The notes under the pieces were generated by a model. It saw only the letters and a program-made list of their open reading frames with translations. It had not been told where the DNA came from and did no database searches. A stretch of DNA of 64,000 nt from Thermodesulfobacteriota bacterium (GTDB lineage Bacteria; Desulfobacterota; Desulfobulbia; Desulfobulbales; JBFMBH01): NCBI GenBank assembly GCA_040755095.1, contig JBFMBH010000003.1, positions 20,143 to 84,142 on the forward strand, written 5' to 3'. The translations under genes were made by a program, and so were the position numbers. Of this stretch, positions 62,397 to 64,000 are shown one piece after another. Each line of letters begins with the position of its first letter. Within the stretch, counting starts at the first letter, position 1.

Positions 62397-64000
62397 GACT
62401 GCCCAGCAGAGACCGGCTGATGGGCGGGAGGCGGTCGGCTGGCCGGCGCCCGCCCTTTTCCCGGAGGGTCTTCCGGACCAAAGCCAGGAGCCCGGCGGCG
62501 GCAAAAGGCTTCTGGATATACCCGGAGAAGAAGCCTGTCTTCCGGGTCATCTCCTCGCTGATGGCCTCGTGGTGGCCGGTGCACAGGATCACCGGCAGCT
62601 CCGGCCGGATGGCGAGCAGGCGTCTTGCCAGCTCGATGCCGCTGTATCCCGGCATGCTGAGGTCGGTGACGACCAGATCCACCCCGGATGGATTCCGGCA
62701 GAAGAAGGAGAGCGCTTCCCGCCCCCCGGTGAAGGCGAGCACCGTGAATCCCGCCTTCTCCAACAGCCCCCGGATGACCGTGACCACCTTCTCGTCGTCA
62801 TCCACCGCCATGATCCTTCCGGCCTCGGACAGCCGGGGAACGGTCCGGTCTTCTTCGGCCGGCGCCGGCCGGAAGGACTCTTTCGGCACATGGACCGGCA
62901 GATAGATCCGGAAGGTCGCGCCAGCCCCGACCTCGCTGGACACCGCAATATGCCCTTTGAGGTTCCGGACGATGCCGGACACAACCGCCAGGCCCAGCCC
63001 GGTGCCCTCACCAGCGGCCTTGGTGGTGAAATACGGGTCGAAGATCCGGGCCCGGGTGGTCGCGTCCATGCCATGGCCGGTATCGGCCACCTCCAGCAGC
63101 AGATAATCACCCAGTGGGCAGCCGCTGCCCTGGAGCACGGCATCCTCCTGGAGGGTGACCCTGCGCAGGGAGACCGCCAGGGTGCCGCCCGCCTCCCGCA
63201 TCGCATGAAAGGCGTTGGTGCACAGGTTCATGATGACCTGATGCACCTGGGTGGGATCGGCCAGCACCAGGTCGGTGGCCGCCACGTGCTGCCTGATGAC
63301 GATGGAGGGCGGCAGGGAGGCCCGCAGCAGCTTCAGGGCCTCCTTGATGATGAGCGATACCTGCAGGGGCTTCAGCTCCTGCGCGGTTCGGCGGCTGAAG
63401 GTCAGGATCTGTCTGACCAGATCCTTGGCCCGCTGGGCTGATTCCAGCACCACCTCCAGGTATTCCCGCGCCTTCGGCGAATTGTCCGGCAGTCCCAGGG
63501 CGAGCTCGGCATAGCCGAAGATGCCGACCAGGATGTTGTTGAAGTCGTGCGCGATGCCGCCGGCCAAGGTGCCGATGGCTTCCATCTTCTGGGCCTGCAG
63601 GAGCTCCCTTTCCAGCTCCTTGCGTGCCGAGACGTCGCGATTGGAGACGCGGAATCCCAGGAAGGAGCCGTCATCGCCCAGCACGGGCTGGCAGGTGTGC
63701 TCGATGTGGCGGATCCTGCCATCCGCGCCACGGATACGCAGCTCCTGCTCGCGGGCACGCCGTTCGGCCATGGCTTCGAGGCGGTGGGCCTCCCAGGCCG
63801 GGCGGTCTTCCTCCAGGACAATGCCGTGCAGGAGGCCAGGGTTGCTCCGGAACATCTCCGGAGGATAGCCGGTGACGCGCTCGCAGGACGGGGAGATGTA
63901 GCGCAGCCCGCCGTCCGGTCCTTCCCAGTATTCCCAGGCATAGGTGAAATCCGCCACGGTGCGGTAGCGGAACTCGGCCTCGCGCAACGCCTCCTCGGTC
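62311..64000 (-). CDS. PAS-HisKA-HATPase-REC hybrid sensor kinase (5' end outside window)
   Basis: The frame stays open to the window edge. PAS (FTYAWEYWEGPDGG), H-box MEAIGTLAGGIAHDFNN, G-box GTGLGLAVV and a receiver (IMAVDDDEKV...DLVVTDLSMPGYSG). Confidence 0.85.
   Translation of the reverse strand, partial: TEEALREAEFRYRTVADFTYAWEYWEGPDGGLRYISPSCERVTGYPPEMFRSNPGLLHGIVLEEDRPAWEAHRLEAMAERRAREQELRIRGADGRIRHIEHTCQPVLGDDGSFLGFRVSNRDVSARKELERELLQAQKMEAIGTLAGGIAHDFNNILVGIFGYAELALGLPDNSPKAREYLEVVLESAQRAKDLVRQILTFSRRTAQELKPLQVSLIIKEALKLLRASLPPSIVIRQHVAATDLVLADPTQVHQVIMNLCTNAFHAMREAGGTLAVSLRRVTLQEDAVLQGSGCPLGDYLLLEVADTGHGMDATTRARIFDPYFTTKAAGEGTGLGLAVVSGIVRNLKGHIAVSSEVGAGATFRIYLPVHVPKESFRPAPAEEDRTVPRLSEAGRIMAVDDDEKVVTVIRGLLEKAGFTVLAFTGGREALSFFCRNPSGVDLVVTDLSMPGYSGIELARRLLAIRPELPVILCTGHHEAISEEMTRKTGFFSGYIQKPFAAAGLLALVRKTLREKGGRRPADRLPPISRSLLGSLTAAGAGAAPARGPAPGSRKDPGPPGSG

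Overview
High-GC bacterial chromosomal segment. Gene content suggests a Desulfobacterota-like, Geobacter/Desulfobulbus-type organism: multihaem cytochromes, a PxxKW protein and lpxI. This assignment is inference. Coding density is high and most genes are housekeeping: proB-proA-nadD, rarA, a stand-alone trpB-like gene, csp, metF, an M32 carboxypeptidase, tkt, pilC, eno, an IHF-like gene, mlaEFD, lpxD-fabZ-lpxA-lpxI, murU/amgK and der. I recognised no rRNA, tRNA, CRISPR array, transposase or integrase. Five regions stand out. (1) Two minus-strand ORFs are joined by a single in-frame TGA followed by a SECIS-like hairpin, giving a candidate selenocysteine-containing exported phosphoesterase-like/tetrahaem cytochrome (3578..5152). 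(2) A tightly coupled chemosensory operon of about 19 kb (26192..45266) opens with a ParA-like ATPase, a TPR-like protein and a lidless Hsp70. It continues with a soluble receptor carrying two signalling tips around a zinc-binding CZB domain, a triple CheW, CheB, CheR, two complete CheA kinases, two receivers and two hybrid kinases. (3) A low-density patch (16.1-18.8 kb) holds a monocistronic multihaem cytochrome, a tpx remnant, two paralogous 39-40-aa membrane-peptide genes and a thrice-repeated upstream motif. (4) There are two toxin-antitoxin pairs: HEPN/MNT fused into the nadD operon, and Phd/RelE beside an ATPase gene stub. (5) An mla operon ends in a coupled lipoprotein full of hWPh repeats. 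Because of the GC content, the ORF track contains many long antisense or out-of-frame ORFs, which I reject.
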